A DNA stretch of 61,010 nucleotides, filler included, from Deltaproteobacteria bacterium (GTDB taxonomy: Bacteria > CG2-30-53-67): the NCBI GenBank assembly GCA_013151235.1. It is 4 parts of 4 records of this genome, joined end to end, with 100 filler letters (N's around TTAATTAATTAA, not from the genome) between each part and the next. Parts side by side here need not be neighbours in the genome. Positions count along the whole stretch, not along the records: positions 1 to 12,481 come from JAADIO010000071.1; 3 more parts are not named here. One strand, given 5' to 3'. Below are positions 1 to 9,621 of the stretch, piece after piece (position 1 is the stretch's first letter; each line of letters opens with the position of its first letter). The notes below the pieces were generated by a model. That model was not told the DNA's origin, did no database searches, and saw nothing but the letters and a program-made list of their open reading frames with translations. Both the position numbers and the translations under genes were made by a program.

Positions 1-1143
1 GACGGGACCAACCTGGAGTTTTCCCATAACGAAAGGGCAGAAGCCGCAAAGGGGGCGGATACCCGGACGATCGAAGCGCTGGAACACGCAGCGGGACGGA
101 TCCGGCGCTTTCATGAAAAACAGCGGGAATCGACGTGGTCCGAGCGGGACGACGACGGCGTTGAATTGGGGCAGATCATCCGCCCCCTGAAACGGGTGGG
201 CATCTATGTCCCCGGCGGGAAGGCCTCTTACCCCTCGTCGGTCCTGATGAATGCCGTAACCGCAAAAGTGGCCGGGGTCTCCGAGATCATCATGGTCACG
301 CCGACCCCGAATGGGGAGATCAACCCTTACGTCCTCGCCGCCGCCCGGATCGCCGGAGTGGACCGGATCTTCCGGATCGGCGGCGCCCAGGCCGTGGCCG
401 CCCTGGCCTACGGGACCGAAAGGATTCCTCAGGTGGACAAGATCGTAGGGCCCGGCAACATTTACGTCGCCCTGGCGAAAAAGCTCGTCTTCGGCCTGGT
501 CGACATAGACATGATTGCCGGCCCGAGCGAAATCCTGGTCCTCGCGGACGAGACCGCCGATCCCGGGTTCATCGCCGCCGATCTCCTCTCACAGGCGGAA
601 CATGACGAACTGGCCTGGCCGATCCTGGTCGCGACTTCCCGGTCCCTCATTGATGCCGTGGAGAAAGCCATCGAAAAACAGCTTGAGGAACTGCCCCGCC
701 GGGAGATCGCCCGGAAATCCCTCGACCGCTTCGGCTCTCTCATCTTCGTGCCCAATCTCGAAAAAGGCGCCGAGGTAGCCAACGCCATCGGTCCGGAACA
801 CTTAGAGGTGATGACTGCCGTACCGAAGGAGATCCTGGGCAGTCTGGAAAACGCCGGCGCCATCTTCTGCGGCCCCTTTACCCCGGAGCCGGTGGGAGAT
901 TACATGGCCGGGCCGAACCATGTCCTCCCCACGGGCGGGACCTCCCGCTTCTTCTCTCCCCTCCATGTGGGGGATTTCTATAAACGTTCCAGCCTCCTCT
1001 CTTTTACCGAGGCGGGCTTCCGTAAAATCGCCGACGATACGATCCGGCTGGCGGAACTGGAAGGGCTGCCGGGGCACGCCCGTTCCGTCCGTATCCGCAA
1101 GGATGCAATGAAAGGAGAGACTGCCGATGAGTCATCCCCTTGA
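1..1143 (+). CDS. hisD: Histidinol dehydrogenase (5' truncated by window edge)
   Basis: Frame open from base 1; motifs GIYVPGG..YPSSVLM, DMIAGPSE, LLSQAEHD, GDYMAGPNHVLPT. Confidence 0.97.
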   Translation, partial: DGTNLEFSHNERAEAAKGADTRTIEALEHAAGRIRRFHEKQRESTWSERDDDGVELGQIIRPLKRVGIYVPGGKASYPSSVLMNAVTAKVAGVSEIIMVTPTPNGEINPYVLAAARIAGVDRIFRIGGAQAVAALAYGTERIPQVDKIVGPGNIYVALAKKLVFGLVDIDMIAGPSEILVLADETADPGFIAADLLSQAEHDELAWPILVATSRSLIDAVEKAIEKQLEELPRREIARKSLDRFGSLIFVPNLEKGAEVANAIGPEHLEVMTAVPKEILGSLENAGAIFCGPFTPEPVGDYMAGPNHVLPTGGTSRFFSPLHVGDFYKRSSLLSFTEAGFRKIADDTIRLAELEGLPGHARSVRIRKDAMKGETADESSP

Positions 1144-2203
1144 ACACCTGCGGCCGGAGATCCGGGCCCTCTCCCCCTACACGATCTCCCATACTGAGGC
1201 ACGGATCAAGCTCGATGCCAACGAGAACCCCTTCGGACCATCAGAGAAGATTCGGCGTGAAATCCGGGAGGTCCTCGACCGGATCGCCGTCAACCGTTAT
1301 CCCGACCCCGCCGCCACGGAGCTGAAGGCGGTCATCGCAAAATTTCTGCGGATCCCGGCAGACCGGTTGCTCTTAGGGAACGGATCGGACGAACTAATCG
1401 GTTATCTCATCACCACCTTTGCCGGCAAAGGAAACGGGGTTCTCTACCCCGCCCCCACCTTCTCCATGTACGGAATTATCGCCGCAGCCTTCGGGCAGAA
1501 GCGGATTGAAGTCCCTCTGGATGCCCATTTCAAGATCGACCCGGACCGTCTGACATCAACCATTCACGAAGCCTCGCCGGAAATCATCTTCCTTGCCTCG
1601 CCGAACAACCCAACGGGCCGGGAGTTTCCGGAAGAAGTTATTCTTTCCCTGCTGGAGGAATCAGGGGCCGTGGTCGTTCTCGATGAAGCCTATATTGACT
1701 TCTCCGGACATGCGGGTTCTCTTCCTCTCCTCGACCGGTATCCGAACCTCATTATTCTCCGAACCCTCTCCAAGATCGGAATGGCCTCCCTCCGTCTCGG
1801 GATCCTGACGGCCGCCCCCGAAATCCTCCGGGAAATCGAGAAGGTGCGCCTCCCCTATAACGTCAACACCTTCTCGCAGGCGGCGGCGACGGTCCTGCTC
1901 GGGCATGAAGAATCGCTTCGGACACAGATCGAAACGATCGTCTCCGAACGGGCCCGGCTCTTTTCCGCTCTGTCGCAAATCCCACAGATCACACCGATTC
2001 CTTCCACGGCGAACTTCATCCTTTTCCGAACAGATGAAGCAGACCGTCTCTTTAACTCCCTCCTGAATGCCGGGATTCTGATCCGCAACCTGAACATCCC
2101 CGGCCCCCTTGCGGGATCTCTTCGGGTGACCATCGGTACACCGGAGGAAAATCACGAATTCATTTGCCATCTTCAAAATTTTTTTCAGGGAGAGAAATCA
2201 TGA
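1127..2203 (+). CDS. hisC: Histidinol-phosphate aminotransferase
   Basis: [32 protein letters not shown] (PLP lysine); lies between hisD and hisB. Confidence 0.95.
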   Translation: MSHPLEHLRPEIRALSPYTISHTEARIKLDANENPFGPSEKIRREIREVLDRIAVNRYPDPAATELKAVIAKFLRIPADRLLLGNGSDELIGYLITTFAGKGNGVLYPAPTFSMYGIIAAAFGQKRIEVPLDAHFKIDPDRLTSTIHEASPEIIFLASPNNPTGREFPEEVILSLLEESGAVVVLDEAYIDFSGHAGSLPLLDRYPNLIILRTLSKIGMASLRLGILTAAPEILREIEKVRLPYNVNTFSQAAATVLLGHEESLRTQIETIVSERARLFSALSQIPQITPIPSTANFILFRTDEADRLFNSLLNAGILIRNLNIPGPLAGSLRVTIGTPEENHEFICHLQNFFQGEKS

Positions 2204-2790
2204 CACGGCGCGCAAAGATTGACCGGAAAACCGGCGAAACATCCATCAAAGTCACCCTGAAATTAGACGGCAAAGGAACCTACAAGATCCAGACCCCCAT
2301 TCCCTTTCTGAACCACATGCTGGAACTCTTTACCCGGCACGGTCTCTTTGATATCGACCTCTCCGCCACGGGTGATACGGAGGTCGATTTTCACCACACC
2401 GTAGAGGATGTCGGCATTTGCCTCGGCAAGGCATTCGACAAGGCCCTCGGGGAAAAGAAAGGAATCTGCCGCTATGGTCACGCAGCCGTCCCCATGGACG
2501 AGACCCTGACCCAGGTCACCATCGATCTCTCCGGAAGGCCCTACCTTAAATTCCGGGCGGAACTTCCGAAAGAGAAGGTCGGTGAATTCGACCTGGAACT
2601 GGCCGAAGAGTTTTTCCGGGCCTTCACCAATCACATCAAGGCAAACCTCCACATCAATCTTCTCTACGGAGAAAACCTCCACCATATCCTCGAATCAATA
2701 TTCAAGGCCACGGCCCGGGCACTGCGGCAGGCCACAGGGAAGGATCCCGGACAGGCCGGCATCCCCTCCACCAAGGGGGTGTTGGAGTGA
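2200..2790 (+). CDS. hisB: Imidazoleglycerol-phosphate dehydratase
   Basis: [32 protein letters not shown] at 2200 overlaps the hisC stop. Confidence 0.97.
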   Translation: MTRRAKIDRKTGETSIKVTLKLDGKGTYKIQTPIPFLNHMLELFTRHGLFDIDLSATGDTEVDFHHTVEDVGICLGKAFDKALGEKKGICRYGHAAVPMDETLTQVTIDLSGRPYLKFRAELPKEKVGEFDLELAEEFFRAFTNHIKANLHINLLYGENLHHILESIFKATARALRQATGKDPGQAGIPSTKGVLE

Positions 2791-3000
2791 ATTCCCAAGG
2801 AAGCTCGGTGCAAATTCACTTTTTGTTTTGCCTTTGATCCCGCCTTTTCGCATCGGCTGAACAGGAACCTGAATCAATCCGGGAAATCGGGCAAAATCCT
2901 GCTGTTTTTATTATTGCCCGCTCGAAACAACTCTGTTATTATATACATAAATAGTTCATCTACTTTCACCTTATTAATCTACATTTACGGCGGCAACCGG

Positions 3001-4425
3001 ATGGATAACAAAGCAAAAATCCTCATTGTCGATGACAGTGAATCAATACGGCAAAACCTTGCGGCAATACTGACCAAAGAAGGGTATTCCATCACAACTG
3101 CCGAAAACGGCGCGACCGGCCTGCAGAAAATCAAGGTCGGGCATCCGGATCTTGTGATTCTCGATCTGGTGATGCCGACGCTGGACGGAATGAAGGTCTG
3201 CAATGCCATGAAAGGGGATCCGGAACTGAAGAAAATCCCCGTCCTCATGAACACCTCCAAAGGAAGCAAGGATGATATCATCCAGGGGCTCGAAGCAGGG
3301 GCCAACGACTATATCGTCAAACCTTTTCATGAAGAGGAACTGCTTGCCCGGGTCCATTCCCTGCTTCGCTCCGGCAGCATGGTAAAACAACTCGAACGGG
3401 ACAAACTGGACCTGCTGGCAATCCTGGAAATCAGTAATGCAATCACCTCCACCCTCGATTCCAGGGAGGTTCTCTATTCCATTGTCAAGAAGATCTCCGA
3501 AATTATTCATGTGATACGCTGCTCCATCGTCCGGATCGACTCCAATGAGTCCAAAGGATATGTGGTCGCCACCAATGAGGATCCCAATATTTACAATCTG
3601 GTTATCGACCTGAAGAAGTATCCCGAAATCAATGAAGCACTTCAAACCCGGGAGATCGTTATCATCAACGATACGGCGAAAGATCCCATTGTCGGCCCGG
3701 TACGGGAGGTTCTCTCCCGGATCAACATTCATTCCCTCCTGGTCCTGCCGGTCATTATGAAACAGAACGTAATCGGCACACTTCTGTTACGAACCTCACG
3801 GAAAGAACATGCCTTCACGGAACGGGAGATCCAGCTCTGCCAGATCGTGGCCAATGCCTCGGCAAACGCCCTGATCAACGCCTCGCTCTTCGAATCAATG
3901 GAGCTGGCCAATATTCAGCTTGAGCGTCTCGCGACGACCGACGGGCTGACAAACATTTTCAACCACCGCTATTTTTATATGCGGCTTGATGAGGAATTCA
4001 ACCGGTCGGAACGGTACCGGACACCACTCTCCGTCATTATGAGTGATGTAAACAACTTCAAAACGATCAACGATACCTATGGGCACCGGACGGGAGACCT
4101 CATTCTTAAGGAACTGGCCCGGATTCTCAAGACAAGCATCCGGAAGAGCGATATCGTTGCCCGGTATGGAGGAGACGAATTCGTGATTCTTCTTCCACAG
4201 ACCGACCGGAAAGGCGCTGAAGCCGAAGCCGCCCGGATCATCAAGGCCATCTCCGAGCACAAATTTACCTCGATGGAAGGTCTTTCTCCCACGATCAGTC
4301 ACGGGATCTCCACCTATCCCGACCCGAAGATCACAAAGGCAGATGACCTCGTAAAACTTGCAGACCGTCAGCTCTACATTCTCAAGAATGAACAGAAGAA
4401 AGACCTGGTGGCCCCCCACCGATAA
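3001..4425 (+). CDS. Response-regulator diguanylate cyclase (REC-GAF-GGDEF)
   Basis: ILIVDD...DLVMP...KPF receiver; GAF-like middle region; NDTYGH..GD, RKSD I-site, intact RYGGDEF. Confidence 0.92.
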   Translation: MDNKAKILIVDDSESIRQNLAAILTKEGYSITTAENGATGLQKIKVGHPDLVILDLVMPTLDGMKVCNAMKGDPELKKIPVLMNTSKGSKDDIIQGLEAGANDYIVKPFHEEELLARVHSLLRSGSMVKQLERDKLDLLAILEISNAITSTLDSREVLYSIVKKISEIIHVIRCSIVRIDSNESKGYVVATNEDPNIYNLVIDLKKYPEINEALQTREIVIINDTAKDPIVGPVREVLSRINIHSLLVLPVIMKQNVIGTLLLRTSRKEHAFTEREIQLCQIVANASANALINASLFESMELANIQLERLATTDGLTNIFNHRYFYMRLDEEFNRSERYRTPLSVIMSDVNNFKTINDTYGHRTGDLILKELARILKTSIRKSDIVARYGGDEFVILLPQTDRKGAEAEAARIIKAISEHKFTSMEGLSPTISHGISTYPDPKITKADDLVKLADRQLYILKNEQKKDLVAPHR

Positions 4426-4456
4426 ATATTTTCCCCACCTGATTCCGAAGGAAAAA

Positions 4457-5539
4457 TCAGACAAACCTTCGAACCACCGCCTGAAAAGTCTCGAGCAAAA
4501 GGCCGTTCTCCTCGGAAGAACGGATGGCGATTCGAAAAAAACGGGGGCCGAGTCCGGAAAAGGAAGCACAGTTCCGGACGAGAATCCCGGCACGAAGAAG
4601 GGCGCCGAAAAGCCGGTCCGGTTCCGGCATGGGGGAAGAAGTTTCCAGTAGAAGAAAGTTGGCCGATGAGGGAAAAACCCGCACACCCGGCAGGGATGCA
4701 AGCCTTCCGACCAAGACGGCCCTCTCTGCATCAATGAGCTCAAGGGTCCTCTCCCGGTATTCAGCGTCATCAAGCGCCGCAGCCACGGCGGCGCCCGCAA
4801 GGCGGTTCATGGTCCAGGGCTCCTGGCATGCGCCGATCCTCCTGACCAGCACCCCGTCTCCATAAATCGCCCCCGCACGCAGTCCGGGGATCCCGTAGAA
4901 CTTCGTGAAGGAACGAAGAACCAGGAGGTTCGGAAACTCCTTCACACGATGCCGGACCGACCCGTCCGGGACGAAGTCGATGAAGGCCTCATCGCAAAGC
5001 ACAATGATTCCCCGGTCCGCCGCCGCATCCACGACCATGAGAACCTCTTCAGCAGAAAGGAGCCCCCCCGTCGGGTTATTGGGGTTGCAGAGGACAAGCA
5101 GATCTATTTTCTCCGACAGCGCGTCAATCAACCTTCCGGGATCGAGCCGGAACGACTCTTCGGCAATCAGGGGAAAAGAGACAACCCCGCATCCGGCGAG
5201 TCTCAGTGCCCGCCCGTAATCGGAGAAGGATGGGACCGGGACCAGCGCCCGCCTCGGCGACAAGACCCTCGGCACAAGGTAGACAAACTCACTGCTTCCG
5301 TTGCCGACAAGTACGTTCTCAACAGAGAGGTTCCCCTCCCCGGCCAGGCGCTCACGCAGCGTCATCCCGTCGATCTCGGGATAGTGGACAAGCCGGTCCA
5401 TCCCGTCGAGGATAGCCTTGAGCGCCCCTTTCGGCGGCCCCAGCGGATTGATCGAGGCCGAGAAATCGAGGATCTCTTCCTCTGGAATCCCGCAGGCCTT
5501 CGAGATCTCCCGAAGGTTCCCGCCATGTTGTTGAATCAT
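4457..5539 (-). CDS. cobD: L-threonine-O-3-phosphate decarboxylase
   Basis: HGGN, DFSASINPLG, CNPNNPTG, RSFTKFY..PGLR; last gene of the cob operon. Confidence 0.92.
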   Translation of the reverse strand: MIQQHGGNLREISKACGIPEEEILDFSASINPLGPPKGALKAILDGMDRLVHYPEIDGMTLRERLAGEGNLSVENVLVGNGSSEFVYLVPRVLSPRRALVPVPSFSDYGRALRLAGCGVVSFPLIAEESFRLDPGRLIDALSEKIDLLVLCNPNNPTGGLLSAEEVLMVVDAAADRGIIVLCDEAFIDFVPDGSVRHRVKEFPNLLVLRSFTKFYGIPGLRAGAIYGDGVLVRRIGACQEPWTMNRLAGAAVAAALDDAEYRERTLELIDAERAVLVGRLASLPGVRVFPSSANFLLLETSSPMPEPDRLFGALLRAGILVRNCASFSGLGPRFFRIAIRSSEENGLLLETFQAVVRRFV

Positions 5540-5559
5540 CGGTTTCCCCTGGCTTGTTT

Positions 5560-5652
5560 TTCTCTGCGACCTCCGCGTCTTTGCGGTGATTGCTTTTCAG
5601 CTTTGATTTTATCTTGAGTCTTTTCCCCGTGCTCTCCGTGGTGAATGCTTTT
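5560..5652. repeat. Two copies of a short repeat with 9-nt periodicity (e.g. CTCTGCGAC CTCCGCGTC TTTGCGGTG ... TGCTTTT)
   Basis: Related units at about 8181-8212, 8765-8800, 35447-35475 and 40570-40595. Confidence 0.6.
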
Positions 5653-5672
5653 TGTTTTTTCAATTTTCATCT

Positions 5673-6620
5673 TTACCGCAGCATCAGCGCGAGCACCCCC
5701 GCCATCGCCATCAGGAAGAAGGCGCCGTACATCAACTGCACGGCCCCCCGGACGGCACCGGGAGTCAGGGGGCGGACCGGTTCCCCGATCACCGGTTTCT
5801 CGATCATGACTCCTCCGTAGAAATTCCTGCCGCCGAGCTGAATGCCGAGCGCTCCTGCGGCGGCGGCCTCGGGGATCCCCGCATTGGGACTTGAATGTTT
5901 CCGCCCGTCCCGCCGGAGGATTCTGAAGGCATCCCGGCCCGATCCTTTCCACAGGAATGAGACAACCACCAGGAGGAGCCCCGTAACCCGGGCGGGGATA
6001 AAGTTCACCAGGTCGTCGAAACGGGCCGGGAAAAAACCGAGATCCCGGCAGGCCTCGTCTTTGTACCCCAGCATGGAGTCGAGGGTGTTCACCGCCTTGT
6101 AGGCCATGGCGAGGGGCGCGCCTCCGAGGATCAGATAGAAGAGGGGAGCGATCACCCCGTCGGAGCTGTTCTCGGCGACGGTCTCCACGGCAGCCCGGAT
6201 GATCCCTTCCCGGGAAAGTACGGACGTGTCCCGACCGACGATCCCGGAAAGCTCCCGCCGCGCCTTTTCAAGATCCTCTTCCCGGAGAGCCTTCTCAACC
6301 TTCGCCGCCTCGCGGTGCAGCGTCCGGGCGGCCAGCGTGGTCCAGGCGAGGAAGACCGAGAGAAGCGAGCCAAACCAAGGATGGAGAACCGAAGCGGCTT
6401 TTACAACAAAGAAGGTCGTCTCGAAGGAGAAGACAACCACGATCAGGACGATCCCCCCTCCGGCAATCCGGTGTCCCCAACCGGGCCGGGTGAGCTTCCG
6501 TGCCGCCTTTTCGAGTATAACGATCAGACGGCCCATGAGGACAACGGGGTGGGGAAACCATTCCGGATCGCCCAGCAGGAGATCGAGCATGCAGGCGGCA
6601 AGAAGCGCTAAAGGCGGCAT
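5673..6620 (-). CDS. cbiB: Adenosylcobinamide-phosphate synthase
   Basis: GDP...HPV, IVGRDT, ETVAENSSDG, YKAVNTLDSMLGY, SPNAG.PEAA. Confidence 0.95.
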   Translation of the reverse strand: MPPLALLAACMLDLLLGDPEWFPHPVVLMGRLIVILEKAARKLTRPGWGHRIAGGGIVLIVVVFSFETTFFVVKAASVLHPWFGSLLSVFLAWTTLAARTLHREAAKVEKALREEDLEKARRELSGIVGRDTSVLSREGIIRAAVETVAENSSDGVIAPLFYLILGGAPLAMAYKAVNTLDSMLGYKDEACRDLGFFPARFDDLVNFIPARVTGLLLVVVSFLWKGSGRDAFRILRRDGRKHSSPNAGIPEAAAAGALGIQLGGRNFYGGVMIEKPVIGEPVRPLTPGAVRGAVQLMYGAFFLMAMAGVLALMLR

Positions 6621-8125
6621 CTCTTCTCCCGGGCAAGGCCGGCCATGTTACGGATCGCCTCAAGATCGACGTGCTCCCGGAAGAGCCCGGCCAGGCGGTC
6701 AAAGGCCGCCTCCTTGCGGCTTCCGTAGTCCTGCCCCCCGGCGGCGACATCGTTGTTCTTTTTCAAACCGGACAGAAACCACCGGGTGAAAGAAGCATTC
6801 TCGAAAATACCGTGGAGATAGCTCCCCCAGAGGTTCCCGCTCCCGTTGATCCATCCCTCTTCGTCATTCACCGGCCTGCCGTTCCGCTCAATGATCCGGA
6901 AAAGGCTTCGGCACCTCCCCGTTGCAACGCTCCTTCCCATGTGGATCTCGTACCCCTCCAGCTCCTCCGTCCCCCCTGCCATGACCGCGCGGACACGGGC
7001 CGTGATCTTCTCCGGCACAAGGACCGTTCGGAAGGGGAGGAGGGCCAGTCCTTCCGCCTTCACGCGGCGGCTCTCCACGCCGCCCGGATCCTCCACGCAC
7101 TCCCCGAGCATCTGGAATCCCCCGCAGATCCCGGCAACGGTCCCGCCCCGCCTCGCGAAGTCCCGGATCGACGCGGCAAGACCGCTCTTTCCGAGAAAGT
7201 CGAGATCCCCCAGGGTGTCCTTGCTCCCCGGCAGGATCACGGCATCGCAGGTATCGACAACACCGGGATCCTCAAGATAGATAACCTCCACCCCGTCGAT
7301 CCCCCCGAGGGGATCGAAATCGGTATAGTTGGAGATCCGGGGAAGGCGGACGACACCGATGGTCAGCCCCGGTCCGTTGCCGGCAACCGCTTTGCCTTCC
7401 AGCGCTACGCTGTCCTCCTCCTCGATCCCGAGATCGGCACACCAGGGAAGGACGCCCAGGACCCGTTTGCCCGCCCGCCCTTCAATCTGCCTCAAACCGG
7501 GCGCAAGGAGAGACGGGTCCCCCCGGAACTTGTTGATGAGAAGACCGGAAACGCGGTCACGCCACGGCCGGGGAAGAAGCATCAGGGTCCCCAGGAGGGA
7601 GGCAAAGACCCCGCCCCGGTCGATGTCGGCCACAAGGAGGACCGGGGCATCGGCCATTTCGGCCGTCCGCATATTGACGATATCCCGGTCCATCAGGTTG
7701 ATCTCGGCGGGACTTCCCGCCCCTTCGATCACGATGAGATCGAACCCGGCGGCCAGGGTCTCGTAGGCCTCCCGGACCAGTGCGACAGCCTTCTCCTTGA
7801 GGTCATAGTATCCCCGTGCCGTGAAGTTCCCCACGGGGCGGCCCATGAAGATCACCTGGGAGCCGGAGTCGGTCGTCGGCTTGAGGAGTATCGGGTTCAT
7901 CGCCGCCACCGGTTCGATCCCCGCCGCCTCGGCCTGAACCGCCTGGGCCCGGCCGATCTCGAGCCCCTCCTTCGTCACGTAGGAGTTGAGGGCCATGTTC
8001 TGGGCCTTGAAGGGAGCGACCCGCACCCCCTCCTGCGCAAAGATCCGGCAGAGGGCGGCGGTCACAATGCTCTTGCCTACATTCGATGCCGTCCCCTGAA
8101 CCATGATCGATTTACACCGTTTCAT
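6608..8125 (-). CDS. cobQ: Cobyric acid synthase
   Basis: QGTASNVGKS, PFKAQNMALNS, EGAGSPAEINL, GICGGFQMLG, GYEIHMG. Confidence 0.97.
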   Translation of the reverse strand: MKRCKSIMVQGTASNVGKSIVTAALCRIFAQEGVRVAPFKAQNMALNSYVTKEGLEIGRAQAVQAEAAGIEPVAAMNPILLKPTTDSGSQVIFMGRPVGNFTARGYYDLKEKAVALVREAYETLAAGFDLIVIEGAGSPAEINLMDRDIVNMRTAEMADAPVLLVADIDRGGVFASLLGTLMLLPRPWRDRVSGLLINKFRGDPSLLAPGLRQIEGRAGKRVLGVLPWCADLGIEEEDSVALEGKAVAGNGPGLTIGVVRLPRISNYTDFDPLGGIDGVEVIYLEDPGVVDTCDAVILPGSKDTLGDLDFLGKSGLAASIRDFARRGGTVAGICGGFQMLGECVEDPGGVESRRVKAEGLALLPFRTVLVPEKITARVRAVMAGGTEELEGYEIHMGRSVATGRCRSLFRIIERNGRPVNDEEGWINGSGNLWGSYLHGIFENASFTRWFLSGLKKNNDVAAGGQDYGSRKEAAFDRLAGLFREHVDLEAIRNMAGLAREKRCRL

Positions 8126-8129
8126 TAAC

Positions 8130-8880
8130 TTTCGACCCTTCCCATCTTTGAGGGTTCGTCTCTGTCATGTTCTTGCTTTTCTCTGTGACCTTCGTGCGCT
8201 TCGTGGTGATTGCTTTCGCCTTTTGCGGGGGTGGTTTTCCTCTGCGCTTTCCGCGTCTGGCTTACTGTTGTCAAGCAGCTCTTTTTGCCTCAGGTTTTTC
8301 TCCCCGCATCCCCGGTGGTTCATTGCTTCTACAGTGACAACTCATCCTGCGTTTTCGTTCATTCTCTTTGCTCGCCCAAAGAAGATGGTCTCGTAAAAAG
8401 TCGTTTTTCGGATTCCGTTCATGGTTCGACAAGCTACCGAGCATGGTGAGCCGGTCGAACCACACGAACGGAATATCAATGACTTACACCGTTCGCCCTG
8501 AGCGGGCCGAAGGGCCTGCCCTGAGCATGCCGAAGGGGAGAGGGGAGTTCGATAACATGCTCCGCATGGTCGCCCCTGAACGGTCTATATCTTTGGGTTT
8601 CCGAGCATGGTAAGCTCAGCCGAACCACACGATCTCACTCTCTTTCCCGACCTTTCTCCGATGCTCGGCTTCGTGAAGGGGTTGCTCTCCCCCTGCGGGG
8701 GAGTCGGGAAAGTGCCGTCCCGGATAAACCGGAACGCTACAGGTTTCGTGGACGATTTCTATTCCTTCATGATCTTCATGTCCTTCATGGTGAATGCTTT
8801 TGCTTTTCCCCGTGACACCCCGCCTGCCTGTGCGTGTCCGCACGCAGACAGGTGTTCCCCGTGGTTGACGGCTTTTGACT
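8130..8880. repeat. Cluster of several short palindromic/REP-like repeats inside the cob operon
   Basis: TGGTTCGAC..GTCGAACCA (8422-8462); GCCCTGAGC..CCGAAGGG twice (about 8495-8538); CTCCCCCTGCGGGGGAG (about 8688-8703); CCTGCCTGTGCGTGTCCGCACGCAGACAGG (8823-8852); a 40-nt unit at 8384-8423 repeated at 10689-10728. Confidence 0.75.
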
Positions 8881-9621
8881 TTGACCGTATCCCCGCTTCG
8901 TCACCATGACATCACCGAAACGGGACGTATCGCTGTTGCCTACGATCACCGTCGTCAGCATGTCGATCTCGTGGTCGAGCATCCCGTCAATGTCGGTCAG
9001 CACCACGCGGCCGGCTCCCCGGTGTGCGGACCGGACGATCCCGACCGGCGTCTTCCCGTCCCGGTATTCCAGCAGGATCCGCCGTGCCTCGACGATCTGC
9101 TCCCGGCGCCCCCGGCTCCTCGGATTGATCAGGACGACAACGAAGTCCCCCGACCCGGCCGCATGGAGCCGTTTCACGATCCTGTCCCACGGCGTCAGCA
9201 GATCGCTCAGGGAGATGGATGCGTAGTCGTTCATGAGAGGCGCGCCGAGCAGGCTCGCCGACGCCTGGGCCGCCGATACGCCGGGGACGATCTCCAGACC
9301 GATTTCCCCTTCTCCTCCCTGCCGGTCCCTGATGAGTTCCAGGACGAGTCCGGCCATCCCGTAGACACCGGAGTCTCCGCTGGAGACAAGGGCTACCCTC
9401 CGCCCGGCGAAGGCGGCCTCGATCGCCTCCCTGCAACGATCGACCTCCTTCATCATCCCCGACCCCCGGAATTCCTTCCCTGCGAATTCCGGCCTGAGCA
9501 GTTCCAGGTAGGTCCGGTAACCGAAGATCAACTCCGACGCCGAAAGCGCCTCCCGCGCCCGGCCGGTCATCTGCACGGCATCCCCCGGCCCCATCCCTAC
9601 GACAAAGAGAGTCCCGCCCCC
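8785..9621 (-). CDS. cbiH: Precorrin-3B C17-methyltransferase (start uncertain, see findings)
   Basis: TLFVVGMGPG, VSSGDSGVYGMAG, LGAPLMND..SISLSDLLTPW, MVTKRGY. Confidence 0.9.
   Translation of the reverse strand, partial: GGGTLFVVGMGPGDAVQMTGRAREALSASELIFGYRTYLELLRPEFAGKEFRGSGMMKEVDRCREAIEAAFAGRRVALVSSGDSGVYGMAGLVLELIRDRQGGEGEIGLEIVPGVSAAQASASLLGAPLMNDYASISLSDLLTPWDRIVKRLHAAGSGDFVVVLINPRSRGRREQIVEARRILLEYRDGKTPVGIVRSAHRGAGRVVLTDIDGMLDHEIDMLTTVIVGNSDTSRFGDVMVTKRGYGQSQKPSTTGNTCLRADTHRQAGCHGEKQKHSP

Noticed and set aside
3001-4425. Hypr-type (cGAMP-producing) GGDEF enzyme, suggested by the REC-GAF-GGDEF layout
   Set aside because: The specificity residue is Asp (GHRTGD), not the Ser of Hypr enzymes, and the riboswitch in this window is also the G20 c-di-GMP type.
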